DNA from: Vulcanimicrobiota bacterium
GTDB taxonomy: Bacteria > Vulcanimicrobiota > Vulcanimicrobiia > Eremiobacterales > Eremiobacteraceae
Length of the DNA: 64,000 bases
Direction: 5' to 3'
Assembly: GCA_963812135.1 (NCBI GenBank)
Contig: CAWETU010000001.1
Location: 1,568,001 to 1,632,000, forward strand
Shown piece by piece: positions 21,447 to 31,979 of this stretch; within the stretch, counting starts at the first letter, position 1, and each line of letters starts with the position of its first letter. The notes under the pieces are model-generated. The model was not told the origin of the DNA and did no database searches. It saw nothing but the letters and a program-made list of their open reading frames with translations. A program made the translations under genes and the position numbers.

Positions 21447-22409
21447 CTACGGCGATCCGACGGCGACGCCGCCCGCGCTGATACCCGCCGGAAAACCGGA
21501 CAGCGTCAGCACGAAGCTCGGCGCGAGGGTCGCGCTGAACGCGCTGGTCGCGAGCGGGAAGAAACTGAGCGTGTTGTGCTGCAGGTCCGTGACGAAGAGA
21601 TTACCTCTGTTGTCAAACGCGAGATCTTGCGCGCTGGTGATCGTTGTCGCCGTGTCCGAGATGCTCACGGCGCCGCCGCCGGCAGTCGGCGCGTTGAAGC
21701 GCCGAATGCTGCCGTCGTTGAAGTTGGTGACGTACAGATTGCCGACAGCATCGAACGCGAGCTGTGTGGGATTATTGAGGCCCGTCAGCGGGCTGGCGGT
21801 GGGCGATTGGCCCGTCGTAAACGGCGGGTTGAAAATCGAAACGGTGTTGTTGTTCGCGCCACCGCTAGAGGTCACATACAGGTTGCCCGCGGCATCGAAT
21901 GCGATCCCGTCCGGCGCAGTCACGCTGCTGATTGTCACCGCTGGGGTTGGCGTTATGGAGCCTGAGAACGGCGGTGTGAATTCAAGGACCTTGCCGGTGC
22001 CGTTGTCCGCCACCCACATGTTACCTGAATGGTCGAAAGCGAGGCCGTTGGGGAACGACGAGCCGGTGATGGTGATGGTGGCGAACGGCGTGCTCGCGCT
22101 GGTGATCGGCGGGGCATAGCCAGTCACTTGACCCGTCGTCGACACGTCGTTGAGCGACCACAGATTACCGGCTGCATCAAAGCGCAGGGCCACCGAAGAT
22201 TGGAGTCCGGTCGGCGTAAGAATCGCAGCGACGGAGCTGGCGCTGGCAGGCGACATCACTTTGCCGATCACGCCCGGCGAGTTGAAACTCGATACATAAA
22301 CGGCTTGCGGTGGCGGCGTCGGCGTTGGGCTGCTCGAGCTTGAAGAACAGCCGTACGAAACGGAGGCGATGAGCGCAAGTGCGGCGAGTATCCTAGAAGA
22401 GCCCCTCAT
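21447..22409 (-). CDS. NHL/SMP-30-like beta-propeller lipoprotein
   Basis: Lipobox-like SYGC, Ser/Pro/Thr linker, five LAFDxxGNLxV repeats. Confidence 0.8.
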   Translation of the reverse strand: MRGSSRILAALALIASVSYGCSSSSSSPTPTPPPQAVYVSSFNSPGVIGKVMSPASASSVAAILTPTGLQSSVALRFDAAGNLWSLNDVSTTGQVTGYAPPITSASTPFATITITGSSFPNGLAFDHSGNMWVADNGTGKVLEFTPPFSGSITPTPAVTISSVTAPDGIAFDAAGNLYVTSSGGANNNTVSIFNPPFTTGQSPTASPLTGLNNPTQLAFDAVGNLYVTNFNDGSIRRFNAPTAGGGAVSISDTATTITSAQDLAFDNRGNLFVTDLQHNTLSFFPLATSAFSATLAPSFVLTLSGFPAGISAGGVAVGSP

Positions 22410-22485
22410 GGCGTATTGTTCCTTTCGTGTGACGGGTTGAGGGCGGATCACTAGTTTCTTTATCGGCAAGACTCGCCAAGCACCG

Positions 22486-23877
22486 CTAAATGAGGCGCTC
22501 GTGCCGCTTGCGTTTCCAGACCAGCGTGTAGTACGTGTACTGCAGCAGCACGGCGGTGGTGAAGGCGGCAGGATAGCCCCACCAGATCCCGTCGATCCCG
22601 ATGCGATGCGAGAGCACGTAGGCGACCGGGACTTCCACGCCCCAGATGGCGGCGATGCCGATGACGGTCGGCCAAAAGACGGTGCCGCTGGCGCGCATGA
22701 TGCCCGACAAGATGGCGGAGTTGCCGAACAGCAAGTAGCTCCACAAGGTGATCGAGAGCAGGCGGACCGCGATCTCGAGCGTGCCGGGGTCGGTCAGGAA
22801 CCAGCCGGCGATGTCGCGCTTGAAGATGTAACAAAGCGAGATGAGCACGCCGCCTACGACGTAGTTGAGGAGAACGCCGGATCGGACGACTTTGCGCAGC
22901 AGGTCTTCTCGGTTCGCGCCGATGGCTTGGGCGCCGAAGATCGAGGCGGTGATGCCGATGCTCACGGCGGGGAATTGCACGTAGCTCGCGATCTGGTTCA
23001 CTGCGCCGTACGCGGCGGTGGCGTGCGAGCCGAAGCGGTTGACGAACGAGATGACGGCTAGCTCGGAGAGCGAGACCATGATGAGCTGGATGCCGGTCGG
23101 CACGCCGATGCGGATGATCTGTTTGAGGATCGGCCAGTCGAGTTTGAGATCCTGGACCGTCTCCGAGTCGAGCGCCAGCGGGTGGTGGATGACGCGCAGG
23201 TAGACGAGCATCGCGATGAGCGAGACCGCGTTCGCGAGGAGCGCGCCGGCGGAGGCGCTGACGACGCCGAGGTGCGGCAGACCGAACCAGCCGAGGATGA
23301 AGGCCGGGACGGTAAGGACGCTGAGCAGCGTCGCGAGCAGTAGGAAGACGAACGGCGTCGTGCTGTCGGCGGTACCGCGCATGAACGACAGATACGTGAA
23401 GAACACGAAGAGCATAGGCAGCGCGAAAAACCAGAGACGCGCGTAGGCGACGGAGTCGGCGAGGATGTTCGCCGGTGTGCCGAGCAGCAGCAGGGCTTCT
23501 TTCGTGAAGAGCGCGCCCAGGACGCCGGCCAGGCAGCCGAGCACGAATGTGAAGGTGACGCTCGTGCCGACGACTTTCTTGAGTTTGTGATCGTCGCGCG
23601 CGCCGTAGGCTTGGCCGACGAGGACGGTGCTGCCGCTTGAGAGTCCGATCAAGAACGAGACGAGCAGGAAGAGGACGGGGAAGAACGCCGAGATCGCGGC
23701 GAGTCCGTTGACGCCGATGAGGCGGCCGATGAAGACGCTGCTGATCGTGCCGGACGCCGATTGCAAGATGTTGCTGAGCACAAGCGGCACGAGAAAAAAG
23801 CCCATGACTTGCCATAATGGGCGTGATTCGTCGAAGATGCCGCGCGCGGGCGCGGCCGCTTTGGGGGGCTGCTCCAT
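22486..23877 (-). CDS. MATE family efflux transporter
   Basis: About 12 TM segments; motifs LVGQAYGA, MRGTADSTTP, GAQAIGA, MRASG. Confidence 0.9.
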   Translation of the reverse strand: MEQPPKAAAPARGIFDESRPLWQVMGFFLVPLVLSNILQSASGTISSVFIGRLIGVNGLAAISAFFPVLFLLVSFLIGLSSGSTVLVGQAYGARDDHKLKKVVGTSVTFTFVLGCLAGVLGALFTKEALLLLGTPANILADSVAYARLWFFALPMLFVFFTYLSFMRGTADSTTPFVFLLLATLLSVLTVPAFILGWFGLPHLGVVSASAGALLANAVSLIAMLVYLRVIHHPLALDSETVQDLKLDWPILKQIIRIGVPTGIQLIMVSLSELAVISFVNRFGSHATAAYGAVNQIASYVQFPAVSIGITASIFGAQAIGANREDLLRKVVRSGVLLNYVVGGVLISLCYIFKRDIAGWFLTDPGTLEIAVRLLSITLWSYLLFGNSAILSGIMRASGTVFWPTVIGIAAIWGVEVPVAYVLSHRIGIDGIWWGYPAAFTTAVLLQYTYYTLVWKRKRHERLI

Positions 23878-23886
23878 TTTGTGTGG

Positions 23887-24354
23887 TTAGTCCGCGGGGC
23901 TGGGGCGCTGGATACGCAGGTGATTGCGGATCGTGCCTTCGGGCAGCGCCATCCGCGCGAGCAGGTCGGCGGTGTGCCACTCGACGTCGCTCTCGACCGC
24001 GCCTTGTAAGAGGATGATGTCGGCGACCGCGTCGACCGAGATGGCGCGCTTGCGCAGCAGCGGGTCGCGGCCGATCGCGCGGCGGATGCGCGTGATCGGC
24101 GAGCCGGAGGCGGCGACCGCGTCGCCGACGCGATCGATGACGTATTGCGTGAGGTCGGCGATCTTCGTGGCGGTGATACCGACAGCGAGGCCGATGCGCT
24201 CGCGATCGTTCGTGAGCACGTGCGTGAGACGATGTAAGCCGTGTCGCAGCCTTCGAACGAATTCGTTGCGGTTCTCGGCCGGGGCGAAGGCGACGCCCGT
24301 TGCGACGCCGAGGATGGCGGCTGCGGCGATCCCGCCGCCAAAACGATCGTTCAC
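23887..24354 (-). CDS. BON domain protein with YtxH-like N-terminus
   Basis: GIAAAAILGVATGVAFAP N-terminus; IRRAIGRDPLL..RAISVDA..DIILLQGAV...IRNHLRI BON-like C-terminus. Confidence 0.6.
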   Translation of the reverse strand: MNDRFGGGIAAAAILGVATGVAFAPAENRNEFVRRLRHGLHRLTHVLTNDRERIGLAVGITATKIADLTQYVIDRVGDAVAASGSPITRIRRAIGRDPLLRKRAISVDAVADIILLQGAVESDVEWHTADLLARMALPEGTIRNHLRIQRPSPAD

Positions 24355-24401
24355 GTGGGGGTCCTATGGTCCCGCGAAATCGGTCGCGGGGACGAATGAT
24401 G

Positions 24402-24474
24402 TGCGTCGTGAGGGACTTGAACCCACAACCAACAGATTAAGAGTCTGCTGCTCTACCAGTTGAGCTAACGACGC
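24402..24474 (-). tRNA. tRNA-Lys(CTT)
   Basis: GCGTCGTTAGCTCAACTGGTAGAGCAGCAGACTCTTAATCTGTTGGTTGTGGGTTCAAGTCCCTCACGACGCA. Confidence 0.95.
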
Positions 24475-24591
24475 GCGGGTGCGCTCTCGTAGTTCTTACC
24501 CGCTTACGGCGATTTCCTGTCGTCGCGAGGGGCGACTGGTGCGACGAAGAACTGGCTTCGCGATACGTCGGTGGCACGAGAGGAGTATCGC

Positions 24592-26724
24592 ATGCGACGT
24601 CTTTTCCTTCTTTTGAGCTTCTTGGTCGCCGTCGCTATTCCGGCGGCAGCCGCTGCGCTGAAGCCGCCGCCGACGGCGATCGTGAACGTGAGCACGACGT
24701 ATTGGGGCGTTGCGGTGGACGATCCGTATCGCTGGCTCGAAAACGCGTCGTCGCCCAAAGTCGGCGCGTGGATCGATGCGCAGAATTCGTATGCGGCTGA
24801 GGTGTTCGCTACGTTCAAGCACGCGGATGCGATCGGGCAGCGCTTGCGTGAGCTGGCGATAACCGGACCGCAATGGGCGAGCCCGAAGATCGCGGCCAGT
24901 ACGCTCTTCTATCTTCGCGAGACGCCGCCGGCGGCACAGCCGGTGCTCGTCGGCGCGCCGTGGCCGTCGGGAGCCGCGCGGGTGTTGGTCGACCCAAATC
25001 CGGCGGGCGGTTTGCTTTCGATCGAGGGTTACTGGCCGTCGCCGGACGGCAGATACGTCGCATATGCGACACAGGAGGCTGGAGCAGAGGTCACCTCGAT
25101 GCACGTTGTACGGGTGGCTGATGCCGTGATTCTTCCGGATACGCTGCCGGACGTCAGCAGCGGGGCGTCGACGGATGCGTTGGCGTGGGACGCGGATAGC
25201 CGAGGCTTTGTCGATACGCGCATGCCGCGGTCCGCGGGCGCTTCGAATGCGTCCTATTTCGACTCGAGTTTGTATCATCACCGTGTTGGTGATTCGTCAG
25301 CGGCGGATCAGCAGGCGTTGGGTCGCGGCTTCTCGCCGGTCGCTGAGTGGAACGCGATGGAATCCGCAGACGGGCGCGCTGTTGCGATGGTGCATTATGG
25401 TGACGGTTCGTACAGCGATATGTACGAGCGCGTCGGCACCGGTCCGTGGCGTAAAGTCGTTGACGCGTCGACCGGTCTGCTGGTCGGTGAGGACGAGACG
25501 AGCGTGACGACAGCGGCGTTCGTCGGTCCGGCATTGCTTGCGATCGAGACGACGAATGCGCCGCGAGGTGAGATCGTGGCAGTTTCAGGCAGCGCAGGTG
25601 CGCCTGATCATGTTCTGGTTGTTGAGCCGGCCGGTGGATGGGCGATTCGGGCGATCAGCGCGTTGCGCGGCGGGTTCCTGACGACGGAAGTAAATGGAGC
25701 CGATTGGCGCGTGCGCCAGTTCGATGGCGGCGGTAGGTTCGTGCGGACGGTCGCGCTGCCGGCGCGCGGCATCGGGATCGACGGCATCGCGGCTGACGAG
25801 AGCAGCGACCAGGCGGTCATCCAGTATTCCGGGTGGGTGATTCCGGATCACTGGGCGCGCTATGACACCAAGAGCGGTGTGTTGACGACGATCTATGCGC
25901 TCAAGCCGCCGGCGGATTATTCGGACGTGGAGTTCACCACGATGGACGCCATCTCAAAGGATGGCACGCGCGTGCCGATGACGGTGATCCATCGGCGCGG
26001 GATGCCGGCGAACGCGAGCGCCCCGGGGATTTTGACGGCGTATGGCGGCTATGGGCTCACGCAGAGCCCCTTCTTCATCGGTACGGCGCTGTTCTGGATC
26101 GAGCACGGCGGTGTGTACGCTCAGGCGTACATCCGCGGTGGCGGCGAGCACGGCGAGACGTGGCATCTCGATGGACGCCTCACGAAGAAACAAAACGATT
26201 ACGACGATTTCGCGGCGTGTTCGCAGGCTCTCGTGTCTTCAGGTTGGGTGGCTCCGGGTAGGTTGGGAATCGTTGGCGGGAGCAACGGCGGGTTGTTGAT
26301 GGGCGCGGCGCTGACGCAGCATCCGGCTCTGTATCGCGCGGTGGTGAGTTTTGCGGGCGATTACGACATGTTGCGCGTTGAGGACTCGCCGAACGGGCGA
26401 TACAACGTGACCGAGTTCGGCACCGTCAAAGACGAGGCGCAGTTCAAGGCGCTGTACGCGTACTCGCCGTACGACAACGTGCGTGCTGCGACGCCGTATC
26501 CGGCGGTCTTGATGATCGCGGGCGAGAACGATCCGCGCGTGGAGCCGTGGCAGTCGCGCAAGATGATCGCGCGTCTCCAGGCGGCGAACGGCGGAGCGCA
26601 ACCGATCATGCTGATCACGCGCAGACAAGCAGGGCACGGAATCGGCGCGTCGTTTAGCCAGCGGTTGGGAGACCGCTCCGCGGAGTACGTGTTCTTCGCG
26701 AACGAGCTCGGCTTGCGGTTCTAG
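24592..26724 (+). CDS. Secreted prolyl oligopeptidase (S9A)
   Basis: Signal peptide, DPYRWLE, IRGGGE.G..WH, GGSNGGLL, NDPRV, AGHG catalytic motifs; RBS GAGGAG. Confidence 0.93.
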   Translation: MRRLFLLLSFLVAVAIPAAAAALKPPPTAIVNVSTTYWGVAVDDPYRWLENASSPKVGAWIDAQNSYAAEVFATFKHADAIGQRLRELAITGPQWASPKIAASTLFYLRETPPAAQPVLVGAPWPSGAARVLVDPNPAGGLLSIEGYWPSPDGRYVAYATQEAGAEVTSMHVVRVADAVILPDTLPDVSSGASTDALAWDADSRGFVDTRMPRSAGASNASYFDSSLYHHRVGDSSAADQQALGRGFSPVAEWNAMESADGRAVAMVHYGDGSYSDMYERVGTGPWRKVVDASTGLLVGEDETSVTTAAFVGPALLAIETTNAPRGEIVAVSGSAGAPDHVLVVEPAGGWAIRAISALRGGFLTTEVNGADWRVRQFDGGGRFVRTVALPARGIGIDGIAADESSDQAVIQYSGWVIPDHWARYDTKSGVLTTIYALKPPADYSDVEFTTMDAISKDGTRVPMTVIHRRGMPANASAPGILTAYGGYGLTQSPFFIGTALFWIEHGGVYAQAYIRGGGEHGETWHLDGRLTKKQNDYDDFAACSQALVSSGWVAPGRLGIVGGSNGGLLMGAALTQHPALYRAVVSFAGDYDMLRVEDSPNGRYNVTEFGTVKDEAQFKALYAYSPYDNVRAATPYPAVLMIAGENDPRVEPWQSRKMIARLQAANGGAQPIMLITRRQAGHGIGASFSQRLGDRSAEYVFFANELGLRF

Positions 26725-26736
26725 GCGGAAATGAAG

Positions 26737-26809
26737 TGCCCCGCGACGGACTTGAACCGTCAACCCTCGCCTTAAAAGGGCGATGCTCTACCGATTGAGC
26801 TAGCGGAGC
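26737..26809 (-). tRNA. tRNA-Lys(TTT)
   Basis: GCTCCGCTAGCTCAATCGGTAGAGCATCGCCCTTTTAAGGCGAGGGTTGACGGTTCAAGTCCGTCGCGGGGCA. Confidence 0.93.
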
Positions 26810-26849
26810 CTGTTACGCGCCGACTCGTGCCGGAGCGCGTCGGCTTTTT

Positions 26850-26923
26850 CGCGCCTGGAGGGGCTCGAACCCCCAACCGCCAGATTCGAAGTCTGGAACT
26901 CTATCCAATTGAGCTACAGGCGC
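26850..26923 (-). tRNA. tRNA-Arg(TCG)
   Basis: GCGCCTGTAGCTCAATTGGATAGAGTTCCAGACTTCGAATCTGGCGGTTGGGGGTTCGAGCCCCTCCAGGCGCG. Confidence 0.93.
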
Positions 26924-26930
26924 ATCGATG

Positions 26931-27005
26931 GGTGAATGACGGGGGTCGAACCCGCGACCTTCGGCGCCACAGGCCGACGCTCTAACCAACTGAGCTACAT
27001 TCACC
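26931..27005 (-). tRNA. tRNA-His(GTG)
   Basis: G(-1)GTGAATGTAGCTCAGTTGGTTAGAGCGTCGGCCTGTGGCGCCGAAGGTCGCGGGTTCGACCCCCGTCATTCACC. Confidence 0.95.
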
Positions 27006-27117
27006 ATGCGAGGGGCGACGCCGCCTTTTCTCGTTTTGCCAGGCGCGTGCCTCTTGTTTGAGGGGAGCAACGTCGTGGCGTCGAACCACACTGCCCCATC
27101 GAATAGGCGGCAGTGAT

Positions 27118-27885
27118 ATGATCTTCGCAATAGCGCTTCTGCTTCTCGTGACGACGCCGGCCGCTGAGCCGCAACCGGCGGCTCCTCTGCGCGAGGTTGT
27201 ATACAGGGTGTCCTCGCTTCGGACGCAAGCGCTGTCGATCGAGACATACGGCGGATCGGTCGATAGCGGTTTGCCCCCCGGCGTTAATAACGGCAACACG
27301 GTCACGACCATCCACGAGCCACAGCCTACCGCACAGCGTCACGCCGTGCTCGATGAGGGCACGCTGATCATCGACGTCGTCGGCATCGAGCAGAATGTTA
27401 TCCGAGTGAGCGTCACGGAGAATTTCAAGAACCGGCCGACGGCGCGCACCTATGCGGCCTACGTGGCTCCAAACGGGCTGGTCAGATTCGACAACGAGGA
27501 TCCCAGCCCGATCGCACGATTCCTATTGCCTTTGTTCGGCACGAATTTCGCGGCCACTGAAACCTTCAATACCGGAGATTCCTGGCACGTCGATCTTAAG
27601 ACGACGGCCGTGGACGTCCAGAACATATTCACGATCGCAGGCCAAGATGGCGCGCTCTTGCTGCTTGACGAGCACGAGACTGTCAAACTCAACTCTGCGC
27701 GCGGCATGAACTATACCGGCACGGGCAAGATCAAGTACAAACCGTCGCTTTTGGTGCCGATCGTCGGCGATATCGAGGAGCACGGCGCCAGCAGCACGAT
27801 GGACAGTTCCACTGAGATGACGACGACCGTGCACTTTGAACGCATTTCTGATACTCGCGACACCACGCCGCCTTTACCGAAATGA
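27118..27885 (+). CDS. Secreted hypothetical protein, paralog A
   Basis: Signal-like MIFAIALLLLVTTPAA; strongly similar to 28079..28846. Confidence 0.8.
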   Translation: MIFAIALLLLVTTPAAEPQPAAPLREVVYRVSSLRTQALSIETYGGSVDSGLPPGVNNGNTVTTIHEPQPTAQRHAVLDEGTLIIDVVGIEQNVIRVSVTENFKNRPTARTYAAYVAPNGLVRFDNEDPSPIARFLLPLFGTNFAATETFNTGDSWHVDLKTTAVDVQNIFTIAGQDGALLLLDEHETVKLNSARGMNYTGTGKIKYKPSLLVPIVGDIEEHGASSTMDSSTEMTTTVHFERISDTRDTTPPLPK

Positions 27886-27909
27886 CCCTACGTTACAAAC
27901 CGACCTATG

Positions 27910-27983
27910 CGCGCCCGTTGGGGCTCGAACCCAAAACCTGCGGCTTAGAAGGCCGCTGCTCTATCCAGTTGAGCTACGGGCGC
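27910..27983 (-). tRNA. tRNA-Arg(TCT)
   Basis: GCGCCCGTAGCTCAACTGGATAGAGCAGCGGCCTTCTAAGCCGCAGGTTTTGGGTTCGAGCCCCAACGGGCGCG. Confidence 0.95.
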
Positions 27984-28078
27984 ATTGCTCCCCGGTGCGT
28001 GAGCATACTTCTTTGGCTTGAGGGGCGACACCCTCGACCAGCGAATGATGCAGGCAGGTCAGCCGGAGGTCGCGCGTT

Positions 28079-28846
28079 ATGATCGCAATGCTTGTGCTCG
28101 CCATCGTCGTCAGCAGTGCTCCGCCCGCGCCGCAGGCCACTCCGATGCGCGAAGTCGTCTATAAGGTCTCATCGCTTCATCGCGAGGATCTCGCGATCGA
28201 GACGTACGGCGGTCAGGTCGCGCAACAAAACGATGCGCCAGTGACCGGTGTAGGTCAGAGCCAGCCAGTCGCATCCGAACCTGGTCCGACCGCGAAGCAC
28301 AGCGCTTCTCTGCAAGAGGGAACGCTCACGGTGGACGTCCTCGGCGTTCAGCAAGATGTCATCCGGGTGAGCGTCACCGAGAATTTCAAAAGCAGCAGTG
28401 CGCCGGCGACATACGAGGCCTATATCGCGCCGAACGGGCTGGTACGATTCATGACCCAGGAACCAAGCTCGATCGCCCGTTACATGCTGCCGCTCTTCGG
28501 CACGAAGTTCGCAGCGACGTCGACACTCAACGCCGGCGACTCATGGCATGTGGATCTCAAGACAGACGCGGTCGACGTGCAGAACATCTTCACGATCAGC
28601 GGCCAGGATGGCAACGTTCTTTTGCTCGACGAGCGCGAGATCGTCAAGTTGAACGCGGCGCACGGCATGAACTACAACACGTATGGGAAGCTCAAGTACA
28701 AACCGTCACTGCTCGTGCCGATCGCTGGCGACATCAACGAGAAAGGGTCGCGCAGCACGATGGACAGCGTCGACACGCTCACGACGACCGTGCACTTCGA
28801 GCGCGTTTCCGATACACTGGACACCTCACCCGCGGCTCCGAAGTGA
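28079..28846 (+). CDS. Secreted hypothetical protein, paralog B
   Basis: Signal-like MIAMLVLAIVVSSA; shares REVVYxVSSL, APNGLVRF, GDSWHVDLKT, KYKPSLLVPI and TTTVHFER with paralog A. Confidence 0.8.
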   Translation: MIAMLVLAIVVSSAPPAPQATPMREVVYKVSSLHREDLAIETYGGQVAQQNDAPVTGVGQSQPVASEPGPTAKHSASLQEGTLTVDVLGVQQDVIRVSVTENFKSSSAPATYEAYIAPNGLVRFMTQEPSSIARYMLPLFGTKFAATSTLNAGDSWHVDLKTDAVDVQNIFTISGQDGNVLLLDEREIVKLNAAHGMNYNTYGKLKYKPSLLVPIAGDINEKGSRSTMDSVDTLTTTVHFERVSDTLDTSPAAPK

Positions 28847-28870
28847 CGCCACAGTAGCGGGGCGAAAATT

Positions 28871-28897
28871 GAAGAGAAGCGGATTCCGCTTCTCTTC
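28871..28897. terminator. Hairpin terminator between paralog B and tRNA-Pro
   Basis: GAAGAGAAGCGG-ATT-CCGCTTCTCTTC perfect inverted repeat. Confidence 0.8.
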
Positions 28898-28904
28898 TCA
28901 TATA

Positions 28905-28981
28905 TGGTCGGGCGGAGAAGACTCGAACTTCCGGCCTCTCGCTCCCAAAGCGAGCGCTCTACCAGGCTGAGCTACCGCCCG
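28905..28981 (-). tRNA. tRNA-Pro(TGG)
   Basis: CGGGCGGTAGCTCAGCCTGGTAGAGCGCTCGCTTTGGGAGCGAGAGGCCGGAAGTTCGAGTCTTCTCCGCCCGACCA. Confidence 0.96.
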
Positions 28982-29419
28982 TCATTTTCGTAACCTTGAG
29001 TTCGCCCAAAGTTCTCTAAACGTTTTTCGGCGATGGCAGTTCGCACACCGGACATCGCACTTCTGCATCTCCTCCATAAGAACCGCCTCGGTGGAGTTGT
29101 GAATCATTCTCGCAATTTCACCGTCCTTCTTGCCACGGACATGGTCAAACTCCAGAACCCTAATATCTGATTCACTACAATCCACACACGGGTGGTCCGC
29201 GAGCCATGCGTCGACGAGGCGCCGATTGCGTTTTCGGTGTACGACTTGCCGCTCGTACCGGCGCGTATTGTGAAGACGGAGGTTAGCGACGTAATGCTCC
29301 CTGCAGTAGCTCCGTTGACACGATTTGCAATATGATGTCAAAGAGTTGGTGCCGCGGTGTCGGCGGTTGAACTGCTCTGCGGGCTTCAGGGTTGCACATT
29401 TCGGACAGCGTTTCCACAT
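28982..29419 (-). CDS. Zn-finger HNH (His-Me finger) endonuclease-like protein
   Basis: CPKC...CKSC N-terminal Zn finger; CVDC..LEFDH...KCDVRCANCHRRKT HNH core; visibly lower GC than neighbours. Confidence 0.8.
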   Translation of the reverse strand: MWKRCPKCATLKPAEQFNRRHRGTNSLTSYCKSCQRSYCREHYVANLRLHNTRRYERQVVHRKRNRRLVDAWLADHPCVDCSESDIRVLEFDHVRGKKDGEIARMIHNSTEAVLMEEMQKCDVRCANCHRRKTFRELWANSRLRK

Positions 29420-29431
29420 GCCCAGTAATCA

Positions 29432-29445
29432 CGCACTGATGTTCG
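29432..29445 (-). promoter_or_regulatory. Possible LexA (SOS) box upstream of the HNH gene
   Basis: CGAACATCAGTGCG, one mismatch to Gram-positive-type CGAAC-N4-GTTCG. Confidence 0.4.
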
Positions 29446-29478
29446 GTTGTCTAGTCATATCACAAGGGGGATGGAGAA

Positions 29479-30081
29479 TTATTTTGGGTTCTCGAGTGCC
29501 GCGCGCAGGGCGCGGATCGCGCGGCCGCGATGGGAAATCGAATGCTTCCTCGCGATGTCGATCTCGCCGAACGTCGCGCCGAACGACGGATAATAAAAGA
29601 TAGGATCGTGGCCGAAGCCGCCCGATCCCCGTGCAGCTGGCGCGATCTCCCCTTCTACTTCTCCCCGAGCCGTGACCGGCTCTTGGCCGGGAACGACAAG
29701 CGCGCATACGCAGACGTATCGCGCGCGGCGGCTCACGTCGCCCAACGCGGTCAACCGATCCAGGATGTACTGGTTGCGCTCTTGGGCAGTCGCACTCGCC
29801 CACGGAGTCCGCGCCGAAAGCACGCCCGGCGCCCACCCGATCGCTTCAACTTCGATACCCGAATCGTCCGCCAGCGCCGGCCCGCCGGTGATCCGCGAAA
29901 GTTCGCGCGCTTTGAGCAGCGCGTTCTCCTCATACGTAGAGTAGCGCTCGTCAACCTCAGGATAGTCGTCACCCGGCAGCACCAAAGCGGGTGGCTGCGT
30001 GCCCCACAGCGTGACGATCTCGGCGAACTTATCCTTATTCTTGGTCGCCACCGCGATGGCGACGCGAGGATCTAGCCGCAC
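29479..30081 (-). CDS. rdgB: Non-canonical purine NTP pyrophosphatase (RdgB/HAM1)
   Basis: ATKNKDK, ENALLKA, LADDSG, PGVLSAR, GFGHDPIF, KHSISHRGRA. Confidence 0.93.
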   Translation of the reverse strand: MRLDPRVAIAVATKNKDKFAEIVTLWGTQPPALVLPGDDYPEVDERYSTYEENALLKARELSRITGGPALADDSGIEVEAIGWAPGVLSARTPWASATAQERNQYILDRLTALGDVSRRARYVCVCALVVPGQEPVTARGEVEGEIAPAARGSGGFGHDPIFYYPSFGATFGEIDIARKHSISHRGRAIRALRAALENPK

Positions 30082-30090
30082 CCGGCGCGC

Positions 30091-31917
<1,827 letters not shown>

Positions 31918-31929
31918 ACGGAAATCAAT

Positions 31930-31954
31930 CGGGAGACGTTAGCCACGTCTCCCG
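31930..31954. terminator. Hairpin between the M23 gene and lepA
   Basis: CGGGAGACGT-TAGCC-ACGTCTCCCG inverted repeat. Confidence 0.5.
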
Positions 31955-31979
31955 CGTTCGCTGCGGTCAACCAAGTCTC

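Noticed and set aside
26737..26809. U3-G70 wobble in tRNA-Lys(TTT) as an alanine identity element
   Set aside because: The AlaRS determinant is G3-U70; the orientation here is reversed.
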